In this document: one piece after another, positions 30,229-37,596 of the stretch
Numbering within the stretch: position 1 is the stretch's first letter
Layout: every line of letters begins with the position of its first letter
Virus record (IMG/VR): IMGVR_UViG_3300035670_000062
Coordinates: 1 to 64,000 of that record
Direction: 5' to 3' (one strand)
Source: a virus
DNA length: 64,000 bases
Notes under the pieces: model-generated
Databases searched by the model: none
Told to the model about the DNA's origin: nothing
What the model saw: the letters and a program-made list of their open reading frames with translations, nothing else
Program-made: the position numbers and the translations under genes

Positions 30229-30314
30229 GCATCTATGGCGGAATTGGTAGACGCGCGGGACTTAAAATCCCGTCCTCAGAAATGGGGGTGTAGGTTCGAT
30301 TCCTACTTGATGCA
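30229..30314 (+). tRNA. tRNA-Leu(TAA)
   Basis: Cloverleaf with long variable arm. Confidence 0.92.
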
Positions 30315-30323
30315 CTTAAATAA

Positions 30324-30394
30324 TGCCGAATCGTCTAATGGCAGGACATTAGGTTTTGGTCCTAAGTGTGGAGGTTCGAATCCTTCTTCGGCAA
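30324..30394 (+). tRNA. tRNA-Gln(TTG)
   Basis: TTAGG-TTTTGGT-CCTAA anticodon arm. Confidence 0.92.
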
Positions 30395-30402
30395 CATAAA
30401 AT

Positions 30403-30474
30403 GCTCCGTTCGACAAGTGGTTAAGTCATTGCCCTTTCACGGCAAAGTCACGGGTTCGAATCCCGTACGGAGTA
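30403..30474 (+). tRNA. tRNA-Glu(TTC)
   Basis: TTGCC-CTTTCAC-GGCAA anticodon arm. Confidence 0.93.
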
Positions 30475-30506
30475 CTAAATATTAAATTAAAATAAATAAA
30501 TCGGTT

Positions 30507-31433
30507 ATGAAAAACAAATCATTGGCTACAAAAGGGTTATCAATTTCTCAAGCACAATCAATTTCTAATCTTTGTTTTCAAAGAGCAAGAGAAATAGCTG
30601 CGGAATTATCTAAAGTAAATAATAGTTCTAAAACTATTTTTATTGATGGTTTAGAATTTACTAAACAACAACCTAATCCAATACCTGAAAATGTAATTAG
30701 TTTGCTTGAATTAAAAGCTAAATTACATGCAACTCAAGCATTTCTAATGGAAAATATTAAAGCTAAGGATCAATTAATTAAATCTATTAAATTTGAAGAG
30801 CTAGATTTATCTGAATTTTCATCATTGAATCCTAGACCCGTTATGGAAACATATTCAGAAAAATTACCTGAATTAGTAGATGAAATTTTGGGATGGGGTC
30901 AGTTATCTGAAACAGAGTATAATGAATATTTAGAGGCTGAGGCTTATGCTTCTCATATAGGTCAATTTATCCATAAAGATGGTAAATTAGATATTTTAAG
31001 AAATGAACTTTCTAGCATGGATTCATTAGAATTTATGGAGATAGAAACAGGCAAAAAGACTCCAGTTAGAGTAAGTTCACATCATACTCCTGAGCAGCTT
31101 TATAATATCCATGAACAATTGGCTACGTTGCATAGAAAATATGAGCAAAAAGTTAATTATTTTAAGGCTAAAGTTAAGAACCTAGTCACAATGGAAAATG
31201 CTAGGATTTCTAAAGAAAAACAAATTATATCTTCTAGGATTGAGTCTAAAAATAAAGAATTAAAAGAAAAATATGAATCAGAAATGAATGAGTATTCTAA
31301 TAAAATTAGCAATGAAATATTTAAATTTGAAGAAGCTAAATATGATAGAATCAAAGAAGCATCAGAACTTAAAATTAATGTTGATAGTAGGTTTCAAGAT
31401 GTTGTAGATATGTTTTTAAATAAAATTGAATAA
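30507..31433 (+). CDS. Helical/coiled-coil hypothetical protein (EAEAYASHIGQFIHKDG motif)
   Basis: ORF track; directly followed by a long structured non-coding element. Confidence 0.8.
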   Translation: MKNKSLATKGLSISQAQSISNLCFQRAREIAAELSKVNNSSKTIFIDGLEFTKQQPNPIPENVISLLELKAKLHATQAFLMENIKAKDQLIKSIKFEELDLSEFSSLNPRPVMETYSEKLPELVDEILGWGQLSETEYNEYLEAEAYASHIGQFIHKDGKLDILRNELSSMDSLEFMEIETGKKTPVRVSSHHTPEQLYNIHEQLATLHRKYEQKVNYFKAKVKNLVTMENARISKEKQIISSRIESKNKELKEKYESEMNEYSNKISNEIFKFEEAKYDRIKEASELKINVDSRFQDVVDMFLNKIE

Positions 31434-31437
31434 TATT

Positions 31438-31797
31438 GTGGTGGTAATTTAGGGAGTAGACATAAGTTGATCTCCCTAAATTTTTATATAAAGGAATAAA
31501 GATACATGTAAATTAATATTGACTTATGCATTAAGATGCATATACATATAATTATTTGTAAAATAATTAAAACAAAATTATATCGCTCCTTTTACAATAA
31601 AAATAATCTGAGATAGAACTCATCCAATATTCAGGTTACTGAAATTCATAGAGAAAGTATAAAAACTTTACCACTAGACAGATAATTGAATATTAAAAGA
31701 GACTTAGCATTTGACATTGCCTTTATGTAAAAGGAGGTCTTTGAATTTGTTGTTGAATTTGATTTAGTCTATTTTCTTTATTTCTTTATAACACCAT
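31438..31797 (+). ncRNA. Putative large structured ncRNA (~360 nt)
   Basis: Nested helices 31487-31502/31775-31790 (16 bp), 31586-31596/31726-31736 (11 bp), 31446-31456/31472-31482; loop pseudoknot to 31519-31528. Confidence 0.7.
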
Positions 31798-31810
31798 TTA
31801 TTGTATTTTG

Positions 31811-31842
31811 TTTGGCTCCCCAGGGAGCCATTCGTATCTTTA
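31811..31842 (+). promoter_or_regulatory. Promoter with TGGCTCC-N4-GGAGCCA inverted repeat
   Basis: Repeated motif. Confidence 0.75.
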
Positions 31843-31872
31843 GTATATAAGAAACAAATAAAAATAAAAGTT

Positions 31873-32778
31873 ATGACAACACAAACAAAAATGAAAATTG
31901 GTTACGATTCAATTACTAAATTGTATACATTCTTAAATGGGGATTTTTTATATAATGGTAAATCAACAAAAGATCCATTAAGAGCTAATACTTACAATAC
32001 CTTAATTACAACCTCAGAAAAACCAATTACAATTGAAAAATCAACTTCTATAAAGAAATTAATTGGATATCAAAATGAAAAAGATAATACTATTATATCT
32101 CAAGATGAATATGATAATTTATTAGAAGGGATTAATAAAGAGTGGAATGATGATGAAAATGAATGGGAATTTGGAAATATAGAAGACGAGATAAAATATA
32201 ATATTATATGTAAATCTTATACTCCCAAATATGAATATGAAACTCAATTAACTCAAATCGAATTTGAAATAATTGAATATCCAGCAAGTCAATATGATGA
32301 AATTATTCCATTATATTCATTAGATGCTAAAAATATTTTTGAAACTAAATGTACTTTTACTCCAAATCTATTTAAAACTTTTAGAGAAATATGTGAAAGG
32401 GAATATGGAATAGAAGCCAAAAATATAGAAAATGCAACTCATTCAGGAATTAGATATATAAAAATTAATAATGAATATATTCAAGGAATGGATGATTTTA
32501 ATATGAGATATAATAAATCTATTATAGATTCATATGATGGATGTATTGAAAGAATGGATACTCTTAAAAAAGATTTAAATAATATATTATCATTTCATTT
32601 TGCTAAAAAATCTCAAAAAATTCTAGATACTACTACATTAGGAGGATTTTTAACCGAATTAGATTCTATTAGAAATACCATTTATAAGTTAGAAATCAAA
32701 ACTAAAAGTTATGGAGATTACCAAAATGCATGTGGAAAAATCAATAAATTAATTAATCTAATCATTGAAAAAAATTAA
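31873..32778 (+). CDS. Hypothetical protein
   Basis: Start moved to AAAGTTATG at 31873. Confidence 0.75.
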   Translation: MTTQTKMKIGYDSITKLYTFLNGDFLYNGKSTKDPLRANTYNTLITTSEKPITIEKSTSIKKLIGYQNEKDNTIISQDEYDNLLEGINKEWNDDENEWEFGNIEDEIKYNIICKSYTPKYEYETQLTQIEFEIIEYPASQYDEIIPLYSLDAKNIFETKCTFTPNLFKTFREICEREYGIEAKNIENATHSGIRYIKINNEYIQGMDDFNMRYNKSIIDSYDGCIERMDTLKKDLNNILSFHFAKKSQKILDTTTLGGFLTELDSIRNTIYKLEIKTKSYGDYQNACGKINKLINLIIEKN

Positions 32779-32779
32779 A

Positions 32780-32959
32780 ATGAATAATAAATTTTATAAA
32801 TCTAAAATAATAGGCAAATCATACTCCGCAAATGAATATATTAACCATGGTTATGGTGGTATAATGTATGGTAAAAAAGATTTACCACATAATGAATATC
32901 CTTATGAAATAATTTATGAAACACAGAAAAAATATATTAGGAGGCAGTACCTCAAATAA
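32780..32959 (+). CDS. Hypothetical protein
   Basis: ORF track, start adjusted. Confidence 0.5.
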   Translation: MNNKFYKSKIIGKSYSANEYINHGYGGIMYGKKDLPHNEYPYEIIYETQKKYIRRQYLK

Positions 32960-33206
32960 ACCTACATCAACCATAGAATTAGTTAAAGTTCCTGATGAAG
33001 TTATTGTTGAAATACAAAGAGAAGAAATAGAGACCCTTAAAAAAGAAATAGATAAGTTAAAATATAAATCCGAAAATAAGATAATAACAGAACTTAAAGA
33101 TAAAAATAGAAGATTAAAATCTGAAAATAAGAAGTTAAAACTTCAATTAGATGTTTTAAATAATAAAATTAGGAAGTTTAATTCAAAAACCTTACCAAGA
33201 GGATAA
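32916..33206 (+). CDS. Coiled-coil hypothetical protein
   Basis: ORF track. Confidence 0.55.
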   Translation: MKHRKNILGGSTSNKPTSTIELVKVPDEVIVEIQREEIETLKKEIDKLKYKSENKIITELKDKNRRLKSENKKLKLQLDVLNNKIRKFNSKTLPRG

Positions 33207-33225
33207 TAATTTCTATTTGATTTTG

Positions 33226-33257
33226 TTTGGCTCCCCAGGGAGCCATTCGTATCTTTA
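33226..33257 (+). promoter_or_regulatory. Promoter with TGGCTCC-N4-GGAGCCA inverted repeat
   Basis: Repeated motif. Confidence 0.75.
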
Positions 33258-33281
33258 GCGTATAAGAAACAAATAAAAGTT

Positions 33282-33686
33282 ATGTTATACGAATTGATTG
33301 TAAAAAGTAAAATTAATACTTATAGAAGTAGAATTACTTCTTCTAATACTATTAATATTTCTAATGGAATTTATAGAGAATTTAAATATCAATATTCTCA
33401 CCCCATTATACCACCTAGTTTAGTAAGTTTAAATGATAAAAAATTTATAGTACCTGAGTGGATAGAGGTTCATCCTAATACTGAATTAACAGATATTGAG
33501 TGGATAAAACCTATAAAAGAATATGTAAAACCTAATATTGAAATAATTGAATTTAAATCATCATCTAGTTCAGAAATTCATAGAGTTACTATTAAAGATG
33601 GGAAGATGAAATGTTCATGTATGGGATTCTTTAGGGGGAGAGGAAAGTGTAAACATACAAAAGAAGTTGAAGAAAGTAGAAAGTAA
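33282..33686 (+). CDS. SWIM zinc-finger protein
   Basis: CSCMGFFRGRGKCKH. Confidence 0.8.
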   Translation: MLYELIVKSKINTYRSRITSSNTINISNGIYREFKYQYSHPIIPPSLVSLNDKKFIVPEWIEVHPNTELTDIEWIKPIKEYVKPNIEIIEFKSSSSSEIHRVTIKDGKMKCSCMGFFRGRGKCKHTKEVEESRK

Positions 33687-33697
33687 GTAATGATTTG

Positions 33698-33729
33698 TTT
33701 GGCTCCACAAGGAGCCATTTGTATCTTTA
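33698..33729 (+). promoter_or_regulatory. Promoter with TGGCTCC-N4-GGAGCCA inverted repeat
   Basis: Repeated motif. Confidence 0.7.
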
Positions 33730-33773
33730 GCGTATAAGAAATTAAAAATAATTGTAGAAGAAATAGAAAAAAT

Positions 33774-34847
33774 ATGAAAAAATTACCAACATTATATAAG
33801 TATAATACTAAAAATAAAGCTCAACAATGGGAAATTATTGTTGAGGGAAATTCATTTTACACCATAGAGGGATTGGTAGATGGTAAATTAACTATTTCTT
33901 CTTCTACATTATGTGAATCTAAAAATGTAGGTAAATCAAATGAAACTACTCCTCAAGAACAAGCTTTTTTTGAAGCTAAAGCTAAATGGCAAAAGAAACT
34001 AGATGAAGGTTATAATGAAGTTTTAACTACTCAAGTTAAATTTATTAAACCTATGTTAGCTCAAAAATATGAAGATTATAAGAAATTAATGTTTAAAAAT
34101 AGAACATTTATTCAACCTAAATTAGATGGTTTAAGATGTGTAAATGGGAGTAATAAACAAATGAGTAGAACAGGTAAAGAATATTTGTCTACTCCTCATT
34201 TAAATCAATCAACTACATTATTAGATGGTGAGTTATATTCCCATGAGTATAAACATGATTTTAATACTATAGTAAGTTTATGTCGTAAGACTAAACCTAC
34301 AAAAGAAGACATTGAGTTGAGTTCTAAAATAATTGAATATTGGATATATGATTTACCTAATGATGGTAGAGTATTTTCTAAAAGATTTGAAGATGTTTTA
34401 AAATTAGTTGAATTAAATCCCATGTTTAAAGTAGTACCTACGTATGAGGTTTTTAATGAAGAAGATATCGAAAAATATCACTTACAGTTTATCGAAGAAG
34501 GATATGAGGGAAGTATTATTAGAATGGATATGGGAGGTTACGAAAATAAAAGAAGTAAACAATTATTGAAAAAGAAAGATTGGATGGATGAAGAGTTTAC
34601 AATATTAGATATAGAATCAGGTAAGGGACAGTTGAGTGAAATTGCTGCTAGACTTATACTTCAACTACCTAATGGTGAAACTTTTAATAGTGCATTAAAT
34701 TGTAATCATGAAGAAATGAGTAGAATTTTTGTTAATAAAGAAAGTATAATAGGTAGACAAGCTACTGTTAAGTTTTTTGATTACACTCCAGATGGAAAAC
34801 CTAGATTTCCAAAAGTTGTAGTTATTGATAGATGGAGTTTTGAATAA
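33774..34847 (+). CDS. lig: ATP-dependent DNA ligase
   Basis: PMLA, KLDGLRC, LDGELY, YDL, EGYEGSIIR, KRS..LLKKK, PRFP. Confidence 0.93.
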   Translation: MKKLPTLYKYNTKNKAQQWEIIVEGNSFYTIEGLVDGKLTISSSTLCESKNVGKSNETTPQEQAFFEAKAKWQKKLDEGYNEVLTTQVKFIKPMLAQKYEDYKKLMFKNRTFIQPKLDGLRCVNGSNKQMSRTGKEYLSTPHLNQSTTLLDGELYSHEYKHDFNTIVSLCRKTKPTKEDIELSSKIIEYWIYDLPNDGRVFSKRFEDVLKLVELNPMFKVVPTYEVFNEEDIEKYHLQFIEEGYEGSIIRMDMGGYENKRSKQLLKKKDWMDEEFTILDIESGKGQLSEIAARLILQLPNGETFNSALNCNHEEMSRIFVNKESIIGRQATVKFFDYTPDGKPRFPKVVVIDRWSFE

Positions 34848-34944
34848 TATTAAACAAGCAAAAAACTAATCAAATACCAAGTTTCATTACCCTTAATAGG
34901 ATGTGTTTTAAAGGTATTTTATAAATTAATTATATTATTATATT

Positions 34945-35268
34945 ATGAAAAAAGTTATTATAATGTGTTTATTTCCTATAACTATGTGGAGTCAACAATC
35001 TACATTGAACTATAAAACACCCATTAAATTCAACCTAAATACAAACAATGTAACTTATTCAAGTTATTCTTATTCACCTATAGGTCCTGGTTTGATGTTA
35101 GGTGGTGCTATTTTTACTACAGCAGCATTATTAACTGTACCTAATTATAATGTAAGGGGAGTTCAACAATATTCTCCTTATGTAAAAACAACACCTAGAT
35201 TTACAGCTATGATGTTGGGAATTGGTTGTTTCAGTATTGGGACTGTTTTAACAATTGGGGGAAGATGA
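34945..35268 (+). CDS. Secreted/membrane protein
   Basis: Signal peptide and two TM segments. Confidence 0.6.
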   Translation: MKKVIIMCLFPITMWSQQSTLNYKTPIKFNLNTNNVTYSSYSYSPIGPGLMLGGAIFTTAALLTVPNYNVRGVQQYSPYVKTTPRFTAMMLGIGCFSIGTVLTIGGR

Positions 35269-35582
35269 AACTTATTTATAAAATAATATCAGATCACCCT
35301 GAGGTGAAAGATCATCCAGATGTTGTAAAATTAATAGATTATATTGATAATCTTGAGGAGAGTAAAATTAAGAAGGAACAAGATTTAAAATTTAATAAGG
35401 AATTATTATATCTTGAATTACTCAGAGAAATTTATAAAGATATATTATTTCAAATCGAACAAGATGAATTATCAATAAGATTTAAAGAAACAAATAGAGT
35501 TGATTTTAAAGAATGTTTAATTTATTTAAAGAAATATTTAGATAAATTTCAAGAGGAAAATAAAGTAAATTTAAATAGATAA
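35265..35582 (+). CDS. Hypothetical protein
   Basis: ORF track, start adjusted to ATGA overlap. Confidence 0.6.
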   Translation: MKLIYKIISDHPEVKDHPDVVKLIDYIDNLEESKIKKEQDLKFNKELLYLELLREIYKDILFQIEQDELSIRFKETNRVDFKECLIYLKKYLDKFQEENKVNLNR

Positions 35583-35601
35583 AAAAACTCCCACGAAATC
35601 A

Positions 35602-35633
35602 TTTGGTTACCTGAAAAATGGTTCGTATATTTA
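35602..35633 (+). promoter_or_regulatory. Promoter of leader/tRNA operon
   Basis: TTTG-N20-TATATTTA; a second TATTTATA motif near 35675. Confidence 0.7.
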
Positions 35634-35688
35634 CAGTATAAGAAAGAAAAGATCGACTTAAAAAAGAAAACACATATTTATAATAAAA

Positions 35689-35808
35689 ATGAAAAATTGT
35701 AGCCTAAATATTAACCTTACGAATACATGGAGTCGCCCGACTAATCATGATGGGGTCTATTCATTTAGAGCGAAATCATCAGACAAAATAAAACCACCCG
35801 GTTTATAA
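35689..35808 (+). CDS. Putative attenuator leader peptide MKNCSLNINLTNTWSRPTNHDGVYSFRAKSSDKIKPPGL
   Basis: 39 codons, 31 distinct, 18 amino acids; between promoter and terminator in front of the tRNA array. Confidence 0.75.
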   Translation: MKNCSLNINLTNTWSRPTNHDGVYSFRAKSSDKIKPPGL

Positions 35809-35843
35809 ATAGAATTATATATAATAATTATATCAACCCGGGT
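35796..35843 (+). promoter_or_regulatory. Putative antiterminator hairpin
   Basis: ACCCGG (35796-35801) pairs with CCGGGT (35838-35843) in the terminator 5' arm, closing an AT-rich inner stem (AATTAT/ATAATT). Confidence 0.65.
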
Positions 35844-35869
35844 TTACAAAGTTAAGCTCGGGTTTTTTT
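35835..35869 (+). terminator. Intrinsic terminator immediately upstream of the tRNA array
   Basis: AACCCGGGTTT-loop-AAGCTCGGGTT followed by T7. Confidence 0.85.
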
Positions 35870-35876
35870 GTTTTAA

Positions 35877-35948
35877 GGCTTTTTAGTTTAATTGGTAAAA
35901 TACGATACTTGTAATATTGAGAAAATGGTTCGAATCCATTAATGGCCT
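35877..35948 (+). tRNA. tRNA-Thr(TGT), weak acceptor stem
   Basis: CGATA-CTTGTAA-TATTG arm, GGTTCGAATCC. Confidence 0.8.
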
Positions 35949-35956
35949 CTTAAAAT

Positions 35957-35968
35957 TGTTCTTTGACA
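35957..35968 (+). promoter_or_regulatory. boxA-like Nus antitermination site
   Basis: TGTTCTTTGACA, versus rrn boxA TGCTCTTTAACA. Confidence 0.6.
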
Positions 35969-35986
35969 TATTGGAAATTAAAAAAT

Positions 35987-36069
35987 GGAAGTGATCCGGC
36001 TGGATGAGGAGCTGTTCTTGAAAAGCAGTAATGCTTATGGTATTGTGAGTTCGAGTCTCACCGCTTCCG
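35987..36069 (+). tRNA. tRNA-Ser(TGA)
   Basis: CT-TGA-AA loop, long variable arm, G73. Confidence 0.85.
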
Positions 36070-36075
36070 CAATAA

Positions 36076-36151
36076 CGAGTAGTAGAGGAGTCAGGTTTAT
36101 CTCGCTTGGTTTGGGACCAAGAGCACGCAGGTTCGGATCCTGCCTACTCGA
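36076..36151 (+). tRNA. tRNA-Pro(TGG)
   Basis: CTTGG-TTTGGGA-CCAAG. Confidence 0.9.
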
Positions 36152-36193
36152 CTAAAAATAAAATCATATAATTATGAAAAGTGACAAACAAAC

Positions 36194-36267
36194 GCTCTCG
36201 TAACTCAGTTGGATAGAGTACTAAGCTTTTAACTTAGGAGTCAATGGTTCAAATCCATTCGGGAGCA
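36194..36267 (+). tRNA. tRNA-Lys(TTT)
   Basis: CTAAG-CTTTTAA-CTTAG. Confidence 0.92.
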
Positions 36268-36274
36268 CAAAAAT

Positions 36275-36349
36275 GGTCTATTGGTGAAGTGGCTATCATC
36301 TCTGCCTGTCACGCAGAAGTAGACGGATCGTAACCGTCATGGACCGCCA
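36275..36349 (+). tRNA. tRNA-Asp(GTC)
   Basis: TCTGC-CTGTCAC-GCAGA, encoded CCA. Confidence 0.9.
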
Positions 36350-36353
36350 AAAT

Positions 36354-36429
36354 ATATCCTTAGCTCAGTTGGAAGAGTAACATGTTTACATCATGAAGGT
36401 CCTAGGTTCAAGTCCTAGAGGATATACCA
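36354..36429 (+). tRNA. tRNA-Val(TAC)
   Basis: ATATCCT/AGGATAT acceptor, TT-TAC-AT loop, CCA. Confidence 0.88.
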
Positions 36430-36435
36430 TCACAA

Positions 36436-36483
36436 GTAGAGGACATTGGCCGTGTAAAGGTGCCACTACCAAGAAAGATGTCC
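36436..36483 (+). ncRNA. Small pseudoknot-capable element in tRNA spacer
   Basis: GTAG/CTAC, GGACAT/ATGTCC, TGGC/GCCA. Confidence 0.35.
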
Positions 36484-36489
36484 AAATTT

Positions 36490-36570
36490 GGGAGATTATA
36501 CCGTAGAGGTAGCGGGGCAGCCTGTAAAGTTGTTACGAAAGTTCGGGTGGTTCGACTCCATCATCTCCCA
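36490..36570 (+). tRNA. tRNA-Tyr(GTA)
   Basis: CT-GTA-AA loop, long variable arm. Confidence 0.88.
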
Positions 36571-36577
36571 CTTCTAA

Positions 36578-36691
36578 GGGTAAAACGCTTCCTGAACCGA
36601 TGTTGGGAGGTTATTGAAGAGTGGTTAAAGGCCATAATATATCTTTGTCGGGGATATATAGTTTTGTAAAAGCTTCAATTTAGTTTTACCC
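36578..36691 (+). ncRNA. Unidentified multibranch structured RNA (~114 nt) within the tRNA array
   Basis: GGGTAAAAC/GTTTTACCC closing stem, ATTGAAG/CTTCAAT, three further hairpins. Confidence 0.6.
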
Positions 36692-36701
36692 CCGGTACTT
36701 T

Positions 36702-36773
36702 GGCTCTATGGTGAAATGGTTATCACTGCGGACTGTTAATCCGTCATTCCAAGTTCGAGTCTTGGTGGAGCCG
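36702..36773 (+). tRNA. tRNA-Asn(GTT)
   Basis: GCGGA-CTGTTAA-TCCGT. Confidence 0.92.
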
Positions 36774-36782
36774 CAATAAAAC

Positions 36783-36859
36783 AGACACATATACCCTCCG
36801 CCTGATACGCGGTAGAAAGGTTAATTGGTTGCATGTAGGTTCAAGTCCTACTGTGTCTA
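36783..36859 (+). tRNA. Atypical tRNA-Ile(GAT)-like RNA lacking a D-arm
   Basis: AGACACA/TGTGTCT acceptor, CCGC-CTGATAC-GCGG arm, perfect T-arm, 22-nt segment between anticodon arm and T-arm. Confidence 0.65.
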
Positions 36860-36864
36860 CATTT

Positions 36865-36947
36865 GGAAAATAAAATAGAGAGGATCTATAACCGCCTGCT
36901 AAGCGAGTTGTACCATCAGGTATGTGTTTCGAGTACACTGTTTTCCG
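36865..36947 (+). tRNA. tRNA-Ser(GCT), atypical D/T loops
   Basis: CT-GCT-AA loop, long variable arm, G73. Confidence 0.75.
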
Positions 36948-36949
36948 CT

Positions 36950-37025
36950 GTGTTCATAGTGTTAAGGGTTAGCACGTTTGGTTGTGGTTCAAAAAGTATG
37001 GGTTCAAATCCCATTGAACACCCCA
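36950..37025 (+). tRNA. tRNA-His(GTG)
   Basis: TT-GTG-GT loop, C73, CCA. Confidence 0.88.
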
Positions 37026-37028
37026 ATT

Positions 37029-37100
37029 GCGGATTAGGTTATGGTAACCAAGAGGCCTCCAAAACCTCAGGACAAGGTTCGATTCCTTGAGTCTGCGCCA
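37029..37100 (+). tRNA. tRNA-Trp(CCA)
   Basis: CT-CCA-AA loop, G73, CCA. Confidence 0.85.
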
Positions 37101-37105
37101 TGTAA

Positions 37106-37178
37106 GGGAGTATAGCAAAGATGGTTTATGCGCTGGACTGAAAATCCAGAGATACAGGATCGTTACCTGTTGCTCCCA
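37106..37178 (+). tRNA. tRNA-Phe(GAA)
   Basis: CTGGA-CTGAAAA-TCCAG. Confidence 0.9.
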
Positions 37179-37190
37179 CAAAAATAAAAT

Positions 37191-37263
37191 GGGTCTGTGT
37201 CCGAGTGGTTACAGGTGACTTCCTGCAAAGTTGTTTACATAGGTTCGAATCCTATAAGACCCT
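37191..37263 (+). tRNA. tRNA-Cys(GCA)
   Basis: CT-GCA-AA loop, U73; mismatched anticodon stem. Confidence 0.82.
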
Positions 37264-37270
37264 CTAAAAT

Positions 37271-37344
37271 GCCTATATGGCGGAATTGGTAGACGCGCTT
37301 GATTTAGGATCAAGATTTTACAGGTTCGAGTCCTGTTATGGGTA
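37271..37344 (+). tRNA. tRNA-Leu(TAG), short variable region
   Basis: Leu-type D-arm GGCGGAATTGGTAGACGC, CTTGA-TTTAGGA-TCAAG. Confidence 0.85.
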
Positions 37345-37349
37345 CAAAA

Positions 37350-37422
37350 GTATTCTTAGTTCAATTGGATAGAACCTCTAACTACGGATTAGAGAATGTA
37401 TGTTCGAGTCATACAGAATACT
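37350..37422 (+). tRNA. tRNA-Arg(ACG)
   Basis: TCTAA-CTACGGA-TTAGA. Confidence 0.9.
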
Positions 37423-37427
37423 CAAAT

Positions 37428-37499
37428 GTCTCTATAGTTCAATGGATAGAATTTTTCTCTTCTAAAGAAAAGATGCTGGTTCGAATCCAGCTAGGGATA
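37428..37499 (+). tRNA. tRNA-Arg(TCT)
   Basis: TTTCT-CTTCTAA-AGAAA. Confidence 0.9.
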
Positions 37500-37505
37500 C
37501 TAAAA

Positions 37506-37578
37506 GCGGGTATCGTATAATGGTTAATTACACTAGCCTTCCAAGCCTGTGATGTTGGTTCGATTCCAACTACCCGCT
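37506..37578 (+). tRNA. tRNA-Gly(TCC)
   Basis: GCGGGTA/TACCCGC, CT-TCC-AA, U73. Confidence 0.9.
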
Positions 37579-37596
37579 CATATATTTATTTTAAAT

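Noticed and set aside
16823-31873. Longer starts given in the ORF track for 16823, 22848 and 31801
   Set aside because: The extensions run through the promoter motif; downstream ATGs have the typical A-rich context
5326-34847. Inteins or group I introns in polymerase, helicase, nrdB, thyA or the ligases
   Set aside because: Protein lengths are normal or short and no splicing motifs or interruptions were seen
36460-37520. ORFs at 36460, 36744, 36863, 36969 and 37338
   Set aside because: They overlap tRNA genes and arise from the locally higher GC content
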